Of a stretch of DNA of 64,000 nucleotides, positions 28,034-42,264 are shown in pieces. Numbering within the stretch: the first letter of the stretch is position 1; every line of letters begins with the position of its first letter. The stretch comes from Ptychomitrium polyphyllum (taxonomy: Eukaryota). The notes beneath the pieces were generated by a model. That model had not been told where the DNA came from. It did no database searches and worked only from the letters and a program-made list of their open reading frames with translations. Made by a program: the position numbers and the translations under genes. The stretch spans positions 6,386,001 to 6,450,000 of the forward strand of contig OZ316776.1 of NCBI GenBank assembly GCA_973851085.1, written 5' to 3'.

Positions 28034-29053
28034 CACGAGCCCAGCTCCCTCATTACCCTCTCCAACTTCTAATCACGTCGGTCCAACTAGTCAAATATAT
28101 CACAGTTCCCGATCATCAGACTCCCCACTATATTTTATGTTTTAACTCGCATGCTCTTGTCCAATTCCAAACCAGTTGTGCTCGGACCTGTACCGCTGAT
28201 GTGATTCGCAACAGCGAAACGCTAATTAAAATAAGCTTCAGAAACTCTCAGATTGGTTTTCTCGCAACTTCTCTTAGCGAGAACGGCTGGCAAATCTCAT
28301 GTCTGCTTCAGTCAAATGCTGCACAAGCAAACAAATTTCATATGCTCGTTCAGATTCACATTACGGGCCGCAGCTGCAAAGAAGCAGGAACATTTGCCTC
28401 TCTCACATGCGAATTTCTCGACATATTTTTCAAAAATAACACATCCCTCAGAAACTGGTGAAATGTCCCTCGCTTGAAAACTGAAGCTCTAGAATCCAGT
28501 TCATCTCCTGTCACCTCCGCAGCATCATTCTACTCATTACACCACCAAAGTAGCTTCAAAACACCTTCAAAGAAGCTTCCAGGAACATCATTCTACCCAT
28601 CACGCCACTCACGTTACTTCACTGAAGCTGCACTAAGCTTTAAACCTCCAGAATTTCCAACACAACAGGTACAAATCACCCTGATCTGCTTCTACCTCCG
28701 CCTCTGCAACGAAAACGTGAAGCCCAACACCACAGTTGAAGAACAGGGAAAAGTTAAATGCGTAGTGTCCTTACGCTGAGGTCCACTGAAAGCGTATCCA
28801 CTCAATTACGAAACACCACAAACGTTTGCGCCCACAACCGTAACCTCCCCCATACCAAACCCCAATTCCCAATCCCTCCTCCAAAACCGTCAACCCCAGA
28901 TTTCCAAGGCGCCAATACGTGCAACCGAGAAACTCCACTTGTAACCTCTCGGTTAATCCTCCTCCTCCTCTCTCTCCACACACCTCAACAAACTGTCCGC
29001 TTCCTGTGCGTCGCAAGCTCCGGCCGGCAGCCGAACAACTGACTGCTTGATAA

Positions 29054-29119
29054 CTCTCTCTCTATATCTCGCTCTCTATCCCTCTCTCTCTGTATATCCC
29101 TGTGTCTCTCCCTCCTCTC
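29054..29119 (-). repeat. CT/GA-rich low-complexity tract in the MSL 5' leader/promoter region
   Basis: Imperfect (CT)n run: ctctctctctatatctcgctctctatccctctctctc... Confidence 0.6.
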
Positions 29120-29399
29120 ACCCCATCACCTGGTTCCGTAAACCCCACTCCACCACACCATCAAAACCGTCCCGCGACTGGCAGCCCAATTGTCTGCTTC
29201 CAAGTTGCAGCCCTAACCCAGTTCTGTTCCAGTCGGCACCCGAACATAACCACGCATATGCCGCCCCGTCTCTGACACCCACCCTCCAAAGCCAAAGCGC
29301 TTCCAACTGCCTTCCCCTCCTTTCACAGCAACACGATATTTATCACCATCGTCGCATGTAGGATACGCAACAACAACAACGACGACCACCACCGCTCGC

Positions 29400-29870
29400 T
29401 CGCTCACACGCGCAATATCATGAATATCCCTGTGGACGTTGCACGGCAACACCCATGTCCACGAAAACTGACGCCTCGGGCTCAGAAAAAGCTCGGGAGC
29501 CAGCTGCAGCGACACCAGAGGGACATCTGCGACGCGACTGCGCTCGAGGTGATTGCATTCTAGGTTTCTCTCATGGCGACCGTGATCGATAGTGTCCGGA
29601 GACGTGCGTCCTGGTGGCGATTGGTTGTCTAGAGGTGCGCAACTGAGGCCCCCGACTGGTGGCGGCTGCGGCGGAGACCCAGGTGCGACTCCCTTGAGCG
29701 GAGGTGGGGGGGTGCCGCGAACGCTCCGTGCCACGAGGCGAGGCGCGATTGGGAGGGGTGAAATTTTGAGCACAGAGGGGGCCAGCGAGGGAGTGACGGG
29801 TGGCAGAGGGGGCTGGTGCGTGCGGAGATTGGGAGCCGTCGATGGGGATTGTCACCCGTGTCGCGAAGTA
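29400..29870 (-). promoter_or_regulatory. GC/CpG-rich putative promoter of MSL with CCAAT boxes
   Basis: GC-rich segment abutting the AT-rich block at about 29.95 kb. GATTGG (CCAATC on the minus strand) occurs near 29619, 29747 and 29827. TSS not determinable from sequence. Confidence 0.4.
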
Positions 29871-32800
29871 GAATTTTTTATTTGGGGGCTCCGTTTTCAG
29901 ACCCTGTAGGCACTAGGCACATTATTCTGGCCCTCATTATAAGGGGTGCACTTTAAATGGGTCACTTTAATTGAGGAACTTATATTCTTTGCGATACACT
30001 AGAATCTATGGTGTGTGACATTTGAGGTGATAAAATGTAGTTATGAGTTATGGATGTATACGCATTTTAAACCTTATATTATTTTGAAAGCTAATTGTTT
30101 ATGATGTGGTTCTTTTGATTGACCATTTCATTATTTGATAACCCATATCATGTAGGATGAGATAAGTGTTCTTTTTAAAAAGAATAATAAATGATTTACA
30201 TGGATGATTTTATTTTTTGAATTGAGCAGATTATTTTTAGGAGTTTTTGTTGTCTTCAAATATTTTGAGATCATTTTCAATCATTTTCAGCATTAAAATA
30301 AGAATATTCATTTTATTGAAGAAACAAACTTTATTCTTATAAAATTAAAGGCTTGCTCATATAAAAGCCATCATAATATGCTACTACAATATTATCATTT
30401 TAAGCTAAATCAAGTTTTCTAAGTAATAAGAAAATATTACTTGTGTTTAAATTTTAATACAAATATTTTGCAAGTACAAGGTACATTTTATTTCTTTTCT
30501 TAATTTAAAAAATAGTTTAATGTTAAGAAAATGAAACTTATTTTATTTCAATACGTCATGTAATTTTTTGAGATTTTTTAAAAAAAATGCATTATAAAGT
30601 GCTTTTCTCTGTTAATGAGTATTATTTTATAACTTAAATTTCAAACCATTTCCATTATATACATCAAAATATTAAAAAACTCTTTAATATATACATAATG
30701 ACAACAATGACAAGTCAAATGTAACTTTTATAATTTTATTATTTGATGCATAGTAAAATAAACTCAAAGGACTTTAAAATCTTTTGAAATTTTAAACTTT
30801 ATCTTGTAAATGAATTATTATGTTAATAACTACGCTTAAATATTATAAAATTGCAATTGTATGATACTTAGTGGCAATCACTATACCAATGAGGATGAAA
30901 AGAACTCATGCACATTGCATTTTTCTTCAATTTTGTTGTATTTTTGAGTAAGAATAAGATTTTGTAGGAGGAAATATACAGAAGTTAAATGCATACATAC
31001 AAAAATATTTAGGTTCTTTGCATTTATAGCTCTATGTATACTTTAAATGAATCAAATTGATGAAAAAGTAAGATTATAGAATAGGAATATATTATGCATG
31101 TGGAACATACTTCTTTTAATCTGAATATGGTTTATGAAGAAAATATATTTTTTATTGAATTTTTGACAATGGTGAATCTTATAAAAAATAAGATTCCTAA
31201 ATGGAACATCTATATATCTCTATAATTATCTATACATCTATACATGTTATATATCTATAACATATTATATATTAACCAATACAATATCACTTGTATGTGG
31301 TGAAAATTGAATTTTTTTAAAAATACTACTAAATAAGTATTTGCAATGTACTATGTAGATTTTAAACATAATTTTGAAAGGTTGTCAAACTAGAGGTGAA
31401 CGGAGATTGAAGACATCAAATTATAAGAGGACCTAATGAACTTTACTCTTGGTGGTGAGCATTATATATTTCAAGATTAGAATCTCAACAATAATATGGA
31501 AGCTTTCATTGATACTCACAGGATCCACTTGAAAGTGGAATTACAATTCTGTCATTGTTCTAATGTGGGTGAGATCCACCCTCCGATCCTTCATGGAAGC
31601 AGCTTGTAATTTAAGCAAAACTAGAGCATAGAGATTTCCTAAACTGGTTTTTGGAATGAAATGGTGGTCTACAAATCACACCTTGTCACTGATCAATGAA
31701 TGGATTGGGTTTGGATTTAGTGCATTATGTACAGTTGCTTTTCCCATGCTTGAAACTTGAAAGCAGGTTGTAATTGGACAAACAAAAGATAAACTAATGT
31801 GTGATCATTTTGTGATCATCTTGTGCTAATGGAGAATGTATCATGTACATATTTCTTAAGAGAAGAGGGATTGGTGCAACTGGTGACTCTAGCCCATCTT
31901 TTCCAAATCATAAAGGACGATACGACTTTCTCAATATGTGGGTTCACTCTTGATGATCATCCATCATCACTCCAGAATAATAGGAAGTAGAAACTTTTCT
32001 GGGAATCTGGGAAAGATGTGTTGCATCCTTGGTATAGTCAACAGGTTCTAAAGATTACCTCATGGCCTCTGATAAGCAGTAGGCTCAATTTGGTCCACAC
32101 TAAATCTAGTAAAATAGAAAGATTGAGAACTCAGTGAACATGAAAATGCACATCATTTGGAGATCCATACATATTGACATTTTAAGATTTTAAAAATAGA
32201 ACTTTGAAAGTTCAAAAATTATTCATACTATATGCAATTGATCCATATTTTAATTTGTTAAGATTTCCTTAGGATTTCGAATAAAATAAAAACAAAATAA
32301 AACAAACATCGGTCAGCTTGATAACAGTAACCACCTCCAATCCAAACAAATTCACGTGACAAGTACATGCCCCTCCCTTATCCTCTTGGGGCCCATTGGT
32401 TGTCACAGGAATGAATAGTAACTTTCCACCTGCAGTATATGATCAAATGATGTACATAGTTGTGCTGCAGTGCATTGGAAGCCAATATATGAAACATTAG
32501 TTTCCAAATTGAATCTTAGTTCCATTTTAAATCGAAGTGGTAGAAGAAACGTGCACCCAGATGCTCATTACCAATCGAATATGCTTGGGTTTACAAATCT
32601 GAATTTTCACAAGAACTGGTCACGAGATTCTCCAAAGTCGTCAGTTCAGAAGTTGGTGACGAACAAGCCAAGCAGGTGAGCTTCTCCGGAATTGTTCAAC
32701 TCCTGAAATCAAGGAGAATGTTACGGTGACGGACGTTGCTGCTCAATCTGCGGCCGGCAGACGAGTAGACTACTGCATCACACAAATATCAATCGAAAGT

Positions 32801-33199
32801 TTGCAACCGCTACGTCTCGTCCCTTGCATGTGCACTAGGGGTGGTTCTACGCATGCACTACAAGGATATGGTCCATACACCTGGGCGCCGCACACTCATT
32901 TCCAGTCTTTTCTAACTTTGAATTATAATGTTTTGCACTTTTTAAACGTGTTGTTTTCGTGCCTGAGAGTGCTATCACCCGTGACACCGTATCCGAGGAC
33001 AGGACTCACTCTTCAAGGCACCAAATTGTGCCTCTTTCAATCCGAGAGCCAGAACTCAGATTTTTATGGGAGAACTCGGCTGAAATCATGGCATGAGCAC
33101 GTTGACATGTATTTATTGAATTTCATGTTTAATAGAAAACGGGTACCATCTTAGCAGATATATAGTTTCGAAGTCGTTGTCGAAACATCAACATCAATG

Positions 33200-34620
33200 A
33201 CTATGCATGAGATCATATTTACAATATGGAAGTCTGGGCATGGGCCCTACTGTTCCTTTCATTTTGGGTCACTGCAGAATTTTTGAGTTGCTCTCGCCAG
33301 CAGGCGGTTTGTGTAATCGTCATCTAACCACACCCAAAATCAAGCTGCATTTTGTGCTGATCAAGATATAATGCTTCTGGTTGCAAAAGCCTAAGAGCTT
33401 CAGCGCCATACCATGTTACATTGACAGGCAGGTAAGCTGAACAACCCCAAACTATTTGAGCTTGTCCTAGTGGTGATTGACGATTCCGTAGAAACTCTCA
33501 TACACGTTATAACTCGAAATATTTTGAGCGGACTAGGTCGTCATCTTCTTTGAGCAAACTGCAAGAGCACAATACCTGTCATCGAACAAAAATGGTGTTG
33601 ATCGATGTTGATCGGCCCTCTCGTTCTCTCTAGCATATTAAACTTCGCATCCTCATTTATCCTCAACCCAGCCTCAACAGCAAATTGACTATAAAAGTAA
33701 CGATCAAAACGTTGGCATTCAAATTGTATTTGTACTGACGTGAAACGCCAACACATTGCATAACAGATCCTGATTTTTCCCAGTTCGGTCTTTGGCTATG
33801 TTCATGCTCACTTTCGTAATCAAAGAATGCCTGGAATCATCTCACAGTGAGAGATTCAGCTTTGAAGTTAGTTCAGCCTCGTAACTGAGCTCGGGTGTTA
33901 GCACACTAATACAATCCTTTCGTATTGTATCTGTAATTAGTTTGTCGAATAAAATTGGATTATGAAGATTTCCCGTCAGATTCTTGGAATAAGTTATGCT
34001 AGATGTAAGCAAGCAAGCTGTGTACTCAATATCCAGCCAAACCTCGGGGCTGCACATCATTCGAAGTCCATCAAGTTAGCCATCACATCAGCGTATTGTT
34101 GGCTAAAAAAAATGAGACGGAGATTGCCCACCTGGTTGACAGTTGAAATATGCAAATTTTCCAAGCTTGTATTTCCTTTGGAACTTGAAAGCAAGTTAAT
34201 TCAAGCAGACAACTCCATGCAACTTGTCAGGGTAGCATAAACTCTGAAAATAGATGAGGTGCAAGCATTTTTGTTAGAGAATTGACGTACGACCGATTAA
34301 GACTCTTAAAGCGTTCAACGGCTGTGTTCCTTAAAATCATATCTACAAATGGCCTCCACAATTTAAATGCGAAGTACTCCTGCTATTCACTTTACTCGTT
34401 TTTGCTAACAGCCACATCTTTCTGCTGCCAAACAACATATCAGCAACACCTACAACAACGTTACAGCTAATCCCACCCGGTCTCTTGATTCATGGTGTTT
34501 GTAAATGCGATTCATCAATGCTTTGAGACAATATACTGACCCTTGAAGACTCAAAAGCAACCTACAATTGATGAATCTAACAACTCGGGTACATTCTTCA
34601 AGTGCTCCTCTTCATCCTCT
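33200..34620 (-). pseudogene. Possible decayed ribonuclease-inhibitor-type LRR (TORNADO1-like) fragment
   Basis: Scattered minus-strand peptides in several frames, interrupted by stops: FVDMILRNTAVERF, NLLSSSKGNTSLENLHISTVNQVGNL, NVTWYGAEAL. They resemble RI-type LRR units; no ROC/P-loop seen. Confidence 0.2.
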
Positions 34621-35863
34621 CAAAGTTAGGTTTAAAGGGGATATTCCTTTCTATTGAAGATGAAGGGCATGTTTGAACCTAAAGTCACTTTCTTTACTTC
34701 TTTCAAATATGTGCTATGTGCTTTAAACTTGGACTTTAAACATAGAGCTCTAATTCCTTCAAATTATTATAAAAAATTTGAAGTTTTTATACACTCAAAA
34801 CATCACATTATAACAATTTATAAATGCTCATATATGCAATTATACTTCATTACTTTATAAGTAATTGTATTTCTTAAAAGAATCTTGTTGCTTAAACAAG
34901 TCATCTAAATAACTAGAAATAAATTGAAGTGTGATGGGATAAATTAAACTTCAATAAAAAAAAGTTTATTATTTGTCAATACAATTTCTAAACATTTTGG
35001 GTTTTGAAAAAACAAGTTTTTTTGCTTTTTTTGGAATACAAGTTGTTGCAAGTTCCATTTCCTAAAATTTATATTTTCTTATCAATCCTCAATATTTCAT
35101 GTAAGAGGCAAATTATTCTTCTATTTGAAGCAATTTCTTTCATGTTGAATTTCTTTGTATAAATCCATGTACCTATTTGTCACTAAATCTTACATTTATC
35201 CTACATTTAGAAACTACTTCACTCAAGATTATTTTGATGGAATTTTTTATTTCAATTAGATTTTGGCATTTAAAATTCCATCCTACAACAAAACATTATA
35301 TATAATAATATTATTTACATTTGATTTTTCACTTGTCTAAGGCCAAGGTGAAGTCTTCCATTGGTAAAGAATATATGTACCTTATTATATACAATTCTTA
35401 AGTCTTTTATCATTATGATTATTGGTTTCAAATTCATCAATATTGGGGTTCAATAACACGTGACAAATTCGTAAAAAGTTTCAAAATTATCATTTTGTTG
35501 AAATTTGGTTTCTTTTGAGCAAGGAAGTTTAAGAACAAATGTTTATAAGTGGATTTAGCATTTGTTTACAAGCCAATTTAATATTCTTTTTGTATGCTCA
35601 AACGTGAAAGTGTATGGATGTCTATACTTTAACAAGCAAACATTTACAAAATTGAAGATCATAAATCTAGAAATGGTTAATCTAAGTTTACTGAGTTTTA
35701 GCTACGTAATGTAAGATCCTTAAGAAGTTTTGAAGAGATGACATCCACCTTTAGGGGAGTCCTTGCAAGTATTTACTCCGACTACAGAGCAGGCATCTCA
35801 TCAAGTACTGCAACAACAACTTCCTTCATAGGGTTGTTGTTATAGCTTATCTCCTCCTTTGGG

Positions 35864-35917
35864 ATGGGAACACTTGGCATGGGAACACTTGGCATGGGAA
35901 CACTTGGCATGGGAACA
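35864..35917. repeat. 15-bp tandem repeat (ATGGGAACACTTGGC) x3.6
   Basis: Three perfect copies plus a partial copy. Confidence 0.95.
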
Positions 35918-37971
35918 TATGTTATTTAGAGTTTGTCATGTCAGAATGGCAGGCCTTGTTCACGTCTGCCACAAGATTGCACCACTCAAAATACCTCAGG
36001 CCTATGGAATTACTCCATTTGATTTGACTTGCATCAATGTCTGGACGATGTGCATCCTGAGTTGGCTGTAAGAAAGAAGGAATGAGGAGCAGTTTTTTCC
36101 AAAATCTACGTTTTCAAAATCCACATTGTCCCTTCCAACTCTAATTCCATATATTTTCAGTCATTAGCAACTGCAGCACTCCTTTGGTTACATGAGTTTT
36201 TTAGAATGCAATATCAACTCATCAAAGTCTTGTCTTCTTTCATGAAAGTTTACAACCTTTAGTACATATCTTTTGATCCAGTTTCATCCAATGAATTCAT
36301 TTTCAATCTCATGAAATTGCTTTTGTCACTCATGAATTAGGTAACAACAGTGGTGAACAAGAAAAATCATGAGATTAGTGAAGCATTTTAGTATATTTGT
36401 GTAATCAGAGAAATATAATATTTATATTAATTTAACATAATTTCAGATTAATCATTTATATCAAAAGCAATATAATAAAACGTTCCTATATATTTCTCTT
36501 TTCTCTTGAAAGAAAAGTGCTATTAACAACAATAAAGCAGTAATGGTTTTAGGATGTACCAGGTTTGGTCAAGAGAATGTTGTTACTATCCATGCATACA
36601 TTAATTTTTGAATGACTGACTAAAGGAGGTACATCTTATTACCATTAGTGCCTTTTTTATTGTTGTACTTTCTTTTGGCATTTGTCTTTCCACTTCTCCT
36701 AGCTTAGAATGCACATTTATATTAATTGCAAGTAATAATTTATATTGGCTATTTTTTTACAATTTTAAATTTAAAGAACTCAAAAAAATTCAAAATTAAA
36801 TCAAGTATTTTTTTGTTAAATAAAAAAATTATATAACATTGATATTTTGAGTCTAATACAAAATTTTATTTTATCTTGTAATGTATAATATAATGTGCGT
36901 TGAAGATGCATATTAAACATAAAGTATTGCTTCTTTAAAATGTGAATATGGTCACTTATTCCATTAATATGATGATGGAAAGAAGAGTTTTATCAAGAAA
37001 AAGAAGAATCAGAGGCATATAGGGCCATGGTTGGTTTCCTTGCATTTTATAGCAACTTTATAGTACTCATTCTCACAATGAAGACTTTGTTTTAGTAAGG
37101 CACTTACAAGAATTTTCTTGCAATTAAACTCCTTGTCTTTTCTTAAGTCCAATTAAATTGAAATAAAATAAATTAAAAATTATATATATAAATTTTAGAA
37201 GTTTATATAAAAAAAAATATTAAACCAAAGCATTCAGCCAATCCAAGTTCAAAATTACAAGTTCAAAATTGAATCTATAACAATTTTAGTAAAATAATTT
37301 TTTTAGAAGTAAGACTTTATTCTTATAACTGAAAGCAAATTTTATTCCTCAACATTAAGTTCAATTGCTTACTACCAAAAATTTTAATTTTCAAAAAATC
37401 AAATCATTTCAAATTTTTTAAAATAATTGTTCAAAATTTTAACACATGTCATTTTAATAGTGATCTTTTTGAATAATTTTTTCACTTCCACATGCCTTCA
37501 ATATCATTTATTTTTTACTCTTCATTTTTCAAAATCAATACAAGTTATCTAAATTATTAAAAAATATTATAACACTAATCAATACACTTCAATTAGATTT
37601 CTATTGAATTCTATGGATTAATTTTTTTCAAATTTTTTTTCAAAATTTCTACTATAATCTTGGACTAAGATCAAACATTAAACAATTATTCGTGTCAAAT
37701 AAAAATATAACAAACTTAAACAATGAAAGACTTTATCCTTTTGAAAGTGGATCTAAGCAAATATTATTTTTAGATACTTAAATCCAAATTTTCATCCATG
37801 AATATACTTCATCTATTGCATAATATTCCAAAGCACCATATCATTACTAAATATGCTTAGACATAGTTTCAAATGTATAAAAAGGTAGTCCTATTCACTT
37901 GTCAAGATGTCATGGATAGGTCTAAGAAAAATTTAGAATTCCCTTATATTGAAGGAAAAATAATATGACCA

Positions 37972-38100
37972 CTATTACATCTTGGATGTAATAGCATTTA
38001 ATACAAATTTTTGTACAATTTTAAAACTAAAAAGATAAAAAATAAACAATGATTTTTTTTTGAAAAAGTAAACAAGAAACAGCAAACAGCAAACAATAAA
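37972..38100. repeat. Dispersed repeat copy 2 (small hairpin plus A-rich tail), at the border upstream of PLD
   Basis: CTATTACATCttgGATGTAATAGcatttaatacaaatttttgtacaattttaaaactaaaaagataaaaaataaaca is homologous to 13868-13937. Confidence 0.55.
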
Positions 38101-38569
38101 AACCGTTATAAAATAAAAAGTAAATGTTAAATAAAAGTCAGTCATAAAGGCGGATCGGACAGACAGACAGACAGCACCGGAATATAAGAGTATAAGGTTT
38201 TGTAAAAACTAACCTGAATCGCTTGGAGACGCCAGATGACGCAGAGAGACGCGAGAGAGGCGAGGCCTGGGCGGAGTGTGGCGAGCGATCTCCGAACCTT
38301 CAGCTCTGATCGCCTGCTGTCCTGAAGTGTACGACTGCCGTAGTACACTACTCACAAGTATACCCTGCGTTTGTGCCACCCCGTCGCCAGCACCGACGTG
38401 TATTCTTCTAAAACTGCCCAGATTGATTCTCCGTTGCACGGCACCCACTGCATTACATCACAGTCCCTGCACGAAGCTCACTGCTAGTGTGTGTTGCTGG
38501 AGGATCGGTCACGCGAACACCTCTCGTGGGAAAGACTCTACCTTGGAAGGAAGCTTATCCGAGGATCAG

Positions 38570-39463
38570 GTATGCTCGCGTCTGTTTCTGCTCCTTCGAG
38601 CTGGTGGTTGAAGGTGGTGTGGAGTTGTGAACGGTGTGTAGCGGATGGCTAGCTTTTCTGGGAGGTTGTTCGTTTTGAGACGTATGGTTGGCTCCTTTGG
38701 GTTTGTGTGTTGGGTGTTATGTTCCTTGGTGTGTGGGTCAGATCCGAATAGTCGGGGATTTTGAAGTTGCGATGAATGTGGGAGGTGGGGTGCTTGGGGG
38801 TGCTTCGGAGAAGGAAGCCTGGCATCTTTGACTTGCTGTGCTCGTCTTAGGTTTGTAGCGGTACAAGGGTGTCAATGGAGACTTGCATTTTGAGATTCAC
38901 ATATGAAGACTAAAACCGGTTTGAGGTGGTATTGAATCGCCGTTGTGAAGATGCAACGGCGTCATTGGAACGCTCTTGGGAAAGATCTTGGGTTACACTA
39001 GTTTCATGTTGGGGTGGAGCTTTTGCGACCTCTATCTTCTAGCTCCCTACGTGGTAGCACTGGAATACCGCTGTGGTTTGGCAGCTCTCTATATGACATT
39101 GAGAAGGACATTCAAGTGCGCTAGGCGGTGTGTTAGTAGCACTTGGGTGAACGATGGCTCAAATCTTATCTGCTTCGATATTAGGGGTCATATCTTTGTG
39201 ACTGCATTTCATTGTAACGTGATAATGGAGAATGCAGGCTTTGATTAGTTGAGTAAGGTGCATGTTTTTGCGGTGCACTAGAGGTTCACTGCTACGAGGG
39301 CTGATTCTTGGAGTTATACTGAACCATGTTTTGTAGATTTTTGTCATACGTATGGTGATCCTTAGCTTAACGTATGGTGTTTGTTCTGTGTTCTGTTTCA
39401 TAGTTTTCTCTTCATGTAGTGAGGTACTTCCACTGACACTCAGCTGAAACTGTGATGGGGCAG
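38570..39463 (+). other. Probable 5'-UTR intron of the PLD gene
   Basis: CAG|GTATG donor at 38570, GT-rich interior, GGGCAG acceptor at 39463, 16 nt before the ATG at 39480. Confidence 0.55.
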
Positions 39464-39479
39464 AAACTCTTTAACAATC

Positions 39480-42264
39480 ATGGCCAAGTGTCTCTTGCAC
39501 GGAACCTTGCATGTGACGATCTATGGGTGCCGAGGCCTCGCTGAGCCTGAGAAATCAAGAGGAGGAGTGGGCAACTTCTTCAACTCGGTAAGCAGGCATT
39601 AGAAATAAGATCCTTCTTTTCGGGCAACCACCACTTCTGTTGATAGTTTCAGCTAAAACCCCACATTGACAGCTCGTCTTAGTAAGCAACTTACAATGTT
39701 AAGCAAGTAATTTTTCTATCCGACTGCTTGGTTGACGTTTCTGCTGTGCAGATAATTGATAGCGCCCAGGATGCAATCAAGGGGGAGAGCAAGTATTACG
39801 CTACGGTGGATTTGGATGCAACTCGAGTGGGTCGCACGCGCGTTTTGAAGGAAAGCACTGCGGAGCCTGCTTGGAACGAATCCTTCCGCATCTACTGCTG
39901 CCACAACGTGTCCGAGCTCACCATCTCGATCAAAGATGGTGCCATCATCGGCACTGTGGTGATTGGTCGCGCCAAGGTCCCCACTGAGAGCTTACTCTCC
40001 GGGGAGCCCGTCGATGACTGGTACCAGCTCTTCAAGGGCGATAAGCAGATCGATGAGAGTCAGGTGCAGTTTCGTCTCCAGTTTTTCGAGGCCTCTCATG
40101 ACCCTCACTGGAGCCTTGGAATCTCCGACTCGCGTTACAAGGGTGTACCGTACTGCTACTTCCCTCAAAGGAAAGGCTGCAAGGTTACGTTGTACCAGGA
40201 TGCTCACATGGCTGATGGTTTCTTGCCACCCATTTACCAAGCAGGTGGACAGCAACGGCAACCAACTCGTCTGTGGGAAGATGTCTTTGAAGCGATTAGT
40301 AATGCCCAGCACTTGGTTTACATTACGGGTTGGTCTGTCTACTGCGAGATTTTGCTCGTCCGAGACCCTAGAAGGTCCATTCCGGGGAGTGAAGGTTTGA
40401 CTTTGGGGGAGCTTTTGAAGAAGAAAGCTACGGAGGGAGTTAGGGTTAACATGCTTGTATGGGATGACAAAACCTCGATTGAAGTTTTGAAGCGGGACGG
40501 TTTGATGGCAACTCACGATGAGGACACGGAGAATTACTTTGCGGACTCGCAAGTGAACTGCCATCTTTGCCCTCGCAACCCGGATGACAGCCTGAGTGCG
40601 GTCCAGGGGTTCACCATCGGCACCATGTTCACCCACCATCAGAAAACTATCATTGTCGATGCGCCTCTTCCGGGAGTTGACAACGGACGCAGGAGGATTA
40701 TGAGCTTTGTAGGAGGAATTGATCTCTGCGATGGTCGTTTCGACAACCAGAATCACTCTCTGTTCCGGACTCTAAACGATCTCAACATGAACGATTTCCA
40801 CCAGCCTAACTACCCGGATGCATCTCCAGCGAAGGGAGGTCCGAGAGAGCCATGGCATGACATTCACTCCAGAGTAGAAGGTCCTGTTGCGTGGGACGTT
40901 CTCTGGAATTTTGAGCAGAGGTGGCAGAAGCAGGCTGATGCCGAGAAGCTGATTCCTATCAAGGATATTGACACCATCGAGGCACCTTCAGCTGTGGCGC
41001 AAGAAGACGACCCTGATACTTGGAACGTGCAGCTCTTCCGCTCCATCGATGCAGGTTTGTTGAATTAATTAAAGCGACAAACAATCCTAAATTTTAACAT
41101 TTGTACAATAGTTCCTCATTTATGTTACACTTGCTTAACAATTTTCGCTTGTTTAACTGGTTACAGGTGCAGCATTTGGTTTCCCCGAGGATCCAGAGAT
41201 GGTAGCAAGGGCAGGGTTAACTAGTGGAAAAGACAATACCATTGACCGCAGTATCCAGGATGCATACATCAACGCAATTAGACGTGCCAAGGACTTCATC
41301 TACATTGAGAATCAATACTTTTTGGGAAGTTCATACAACTGGAAGGAGGACCAAGATGCTGGTGCAATTCATCTCATCCCTATGGAGCTGACAAGGAAGA
41401 TTGTAACCAAGATCGAAGACGGCGAGAGATTCACAGTGTACGTTGTAGTACCTATGTGGCCTGAGGGTATTCCTGAGAGTGGATCCGTGCAAGCAATCCT
41501 GGACTGGCAGAAGAAGACTATGGAGATGATGTACACTGAAATTGCTGACGCGCTTCGTGCACAAGGTATTGATGACCAGAGCCCCAGGGATTACCTCACC
41601 TTCTTCTGCCTGGCCAACCGAGAAACCCCGACAGAGGGCGAGTACCAGCCCACTGAGAGCCCAGAGGAGGGCAGCAACTACAAATCTGCTCAAGATCACC
41701 GTCGGTTCATGATCTACGTTCACTCAAAGTTCATGATTGGTGAGCTCCAAACTCTAACGATGTACCAATTGTTTTTTAAGTTCGTTCGTTTCAGAACCAA
41801 AAGATGCTGAAGTCGTTGACTTTGGTTGTGCAGTGGACGATGAATACACCATCATTGGATCTGCAAACATCAACCAGCGGTCGTTAGATGGTGCCCGGGA
41901 CTCGGAAATCGCGATCGGTGCATACCAGCCCTACCATCTGGCCAGTCAGCGTCCTCCACGCTCTCATATCCATGGGTTCCGAATGGGCCTGTGGTATGAG
42001 CATATGGGCAAGTTGGATAACGACTTCTTGCAGCCATGGACTCTAGACTGTATTCGCAAGGTGAATGAGATCGGTGACCAGTATTGGAGCATGTGGGCTG
42101 GTGAGGAAGTTGTCGACATGCCTGGGCATCTTTGCTCTTATCCAATTGTAGTCGATCAGGATGGTACCATTTCCAACATTCCTGGCTTGGAGCATTTCCC
42201 TGACACGCAGGCCAAAATCCTGGGCACCAAGTCTGACACATTGCCTTCCATCCTTACCACTTAG
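39480..42264 (+). CDS. PLDalpha: Phospholipase D alpha (C2-PLD), 804 aa
   Basis: Exons 39480-39587, 39752-41054, 41167-41739, 41834-42264 (2415 nt, phases consistent). C2 domain ([33 protein letters not shown]), two intact HKD motifs ([17 protein letters not shown] across the last intron), [29 protein letters not shown] and C-terminal LPSILTT. Confidence 0.97.

Noticed and set aside
29213..29909. 186-aa and overlapping Pro/Gly-rich ORFs upstream of MSL
   Set aside because: Non-ATG starts in GC-rich promoter/leader sequence, open in several frames and both strands, with no domain motif.
35864..35917. WEHLA peptide repeat or CRISPR-like array
   Set aside because: Head-to-tail 15-bp minisatellite with no spacers, in a eukaryotic context; the ORF is incidental.
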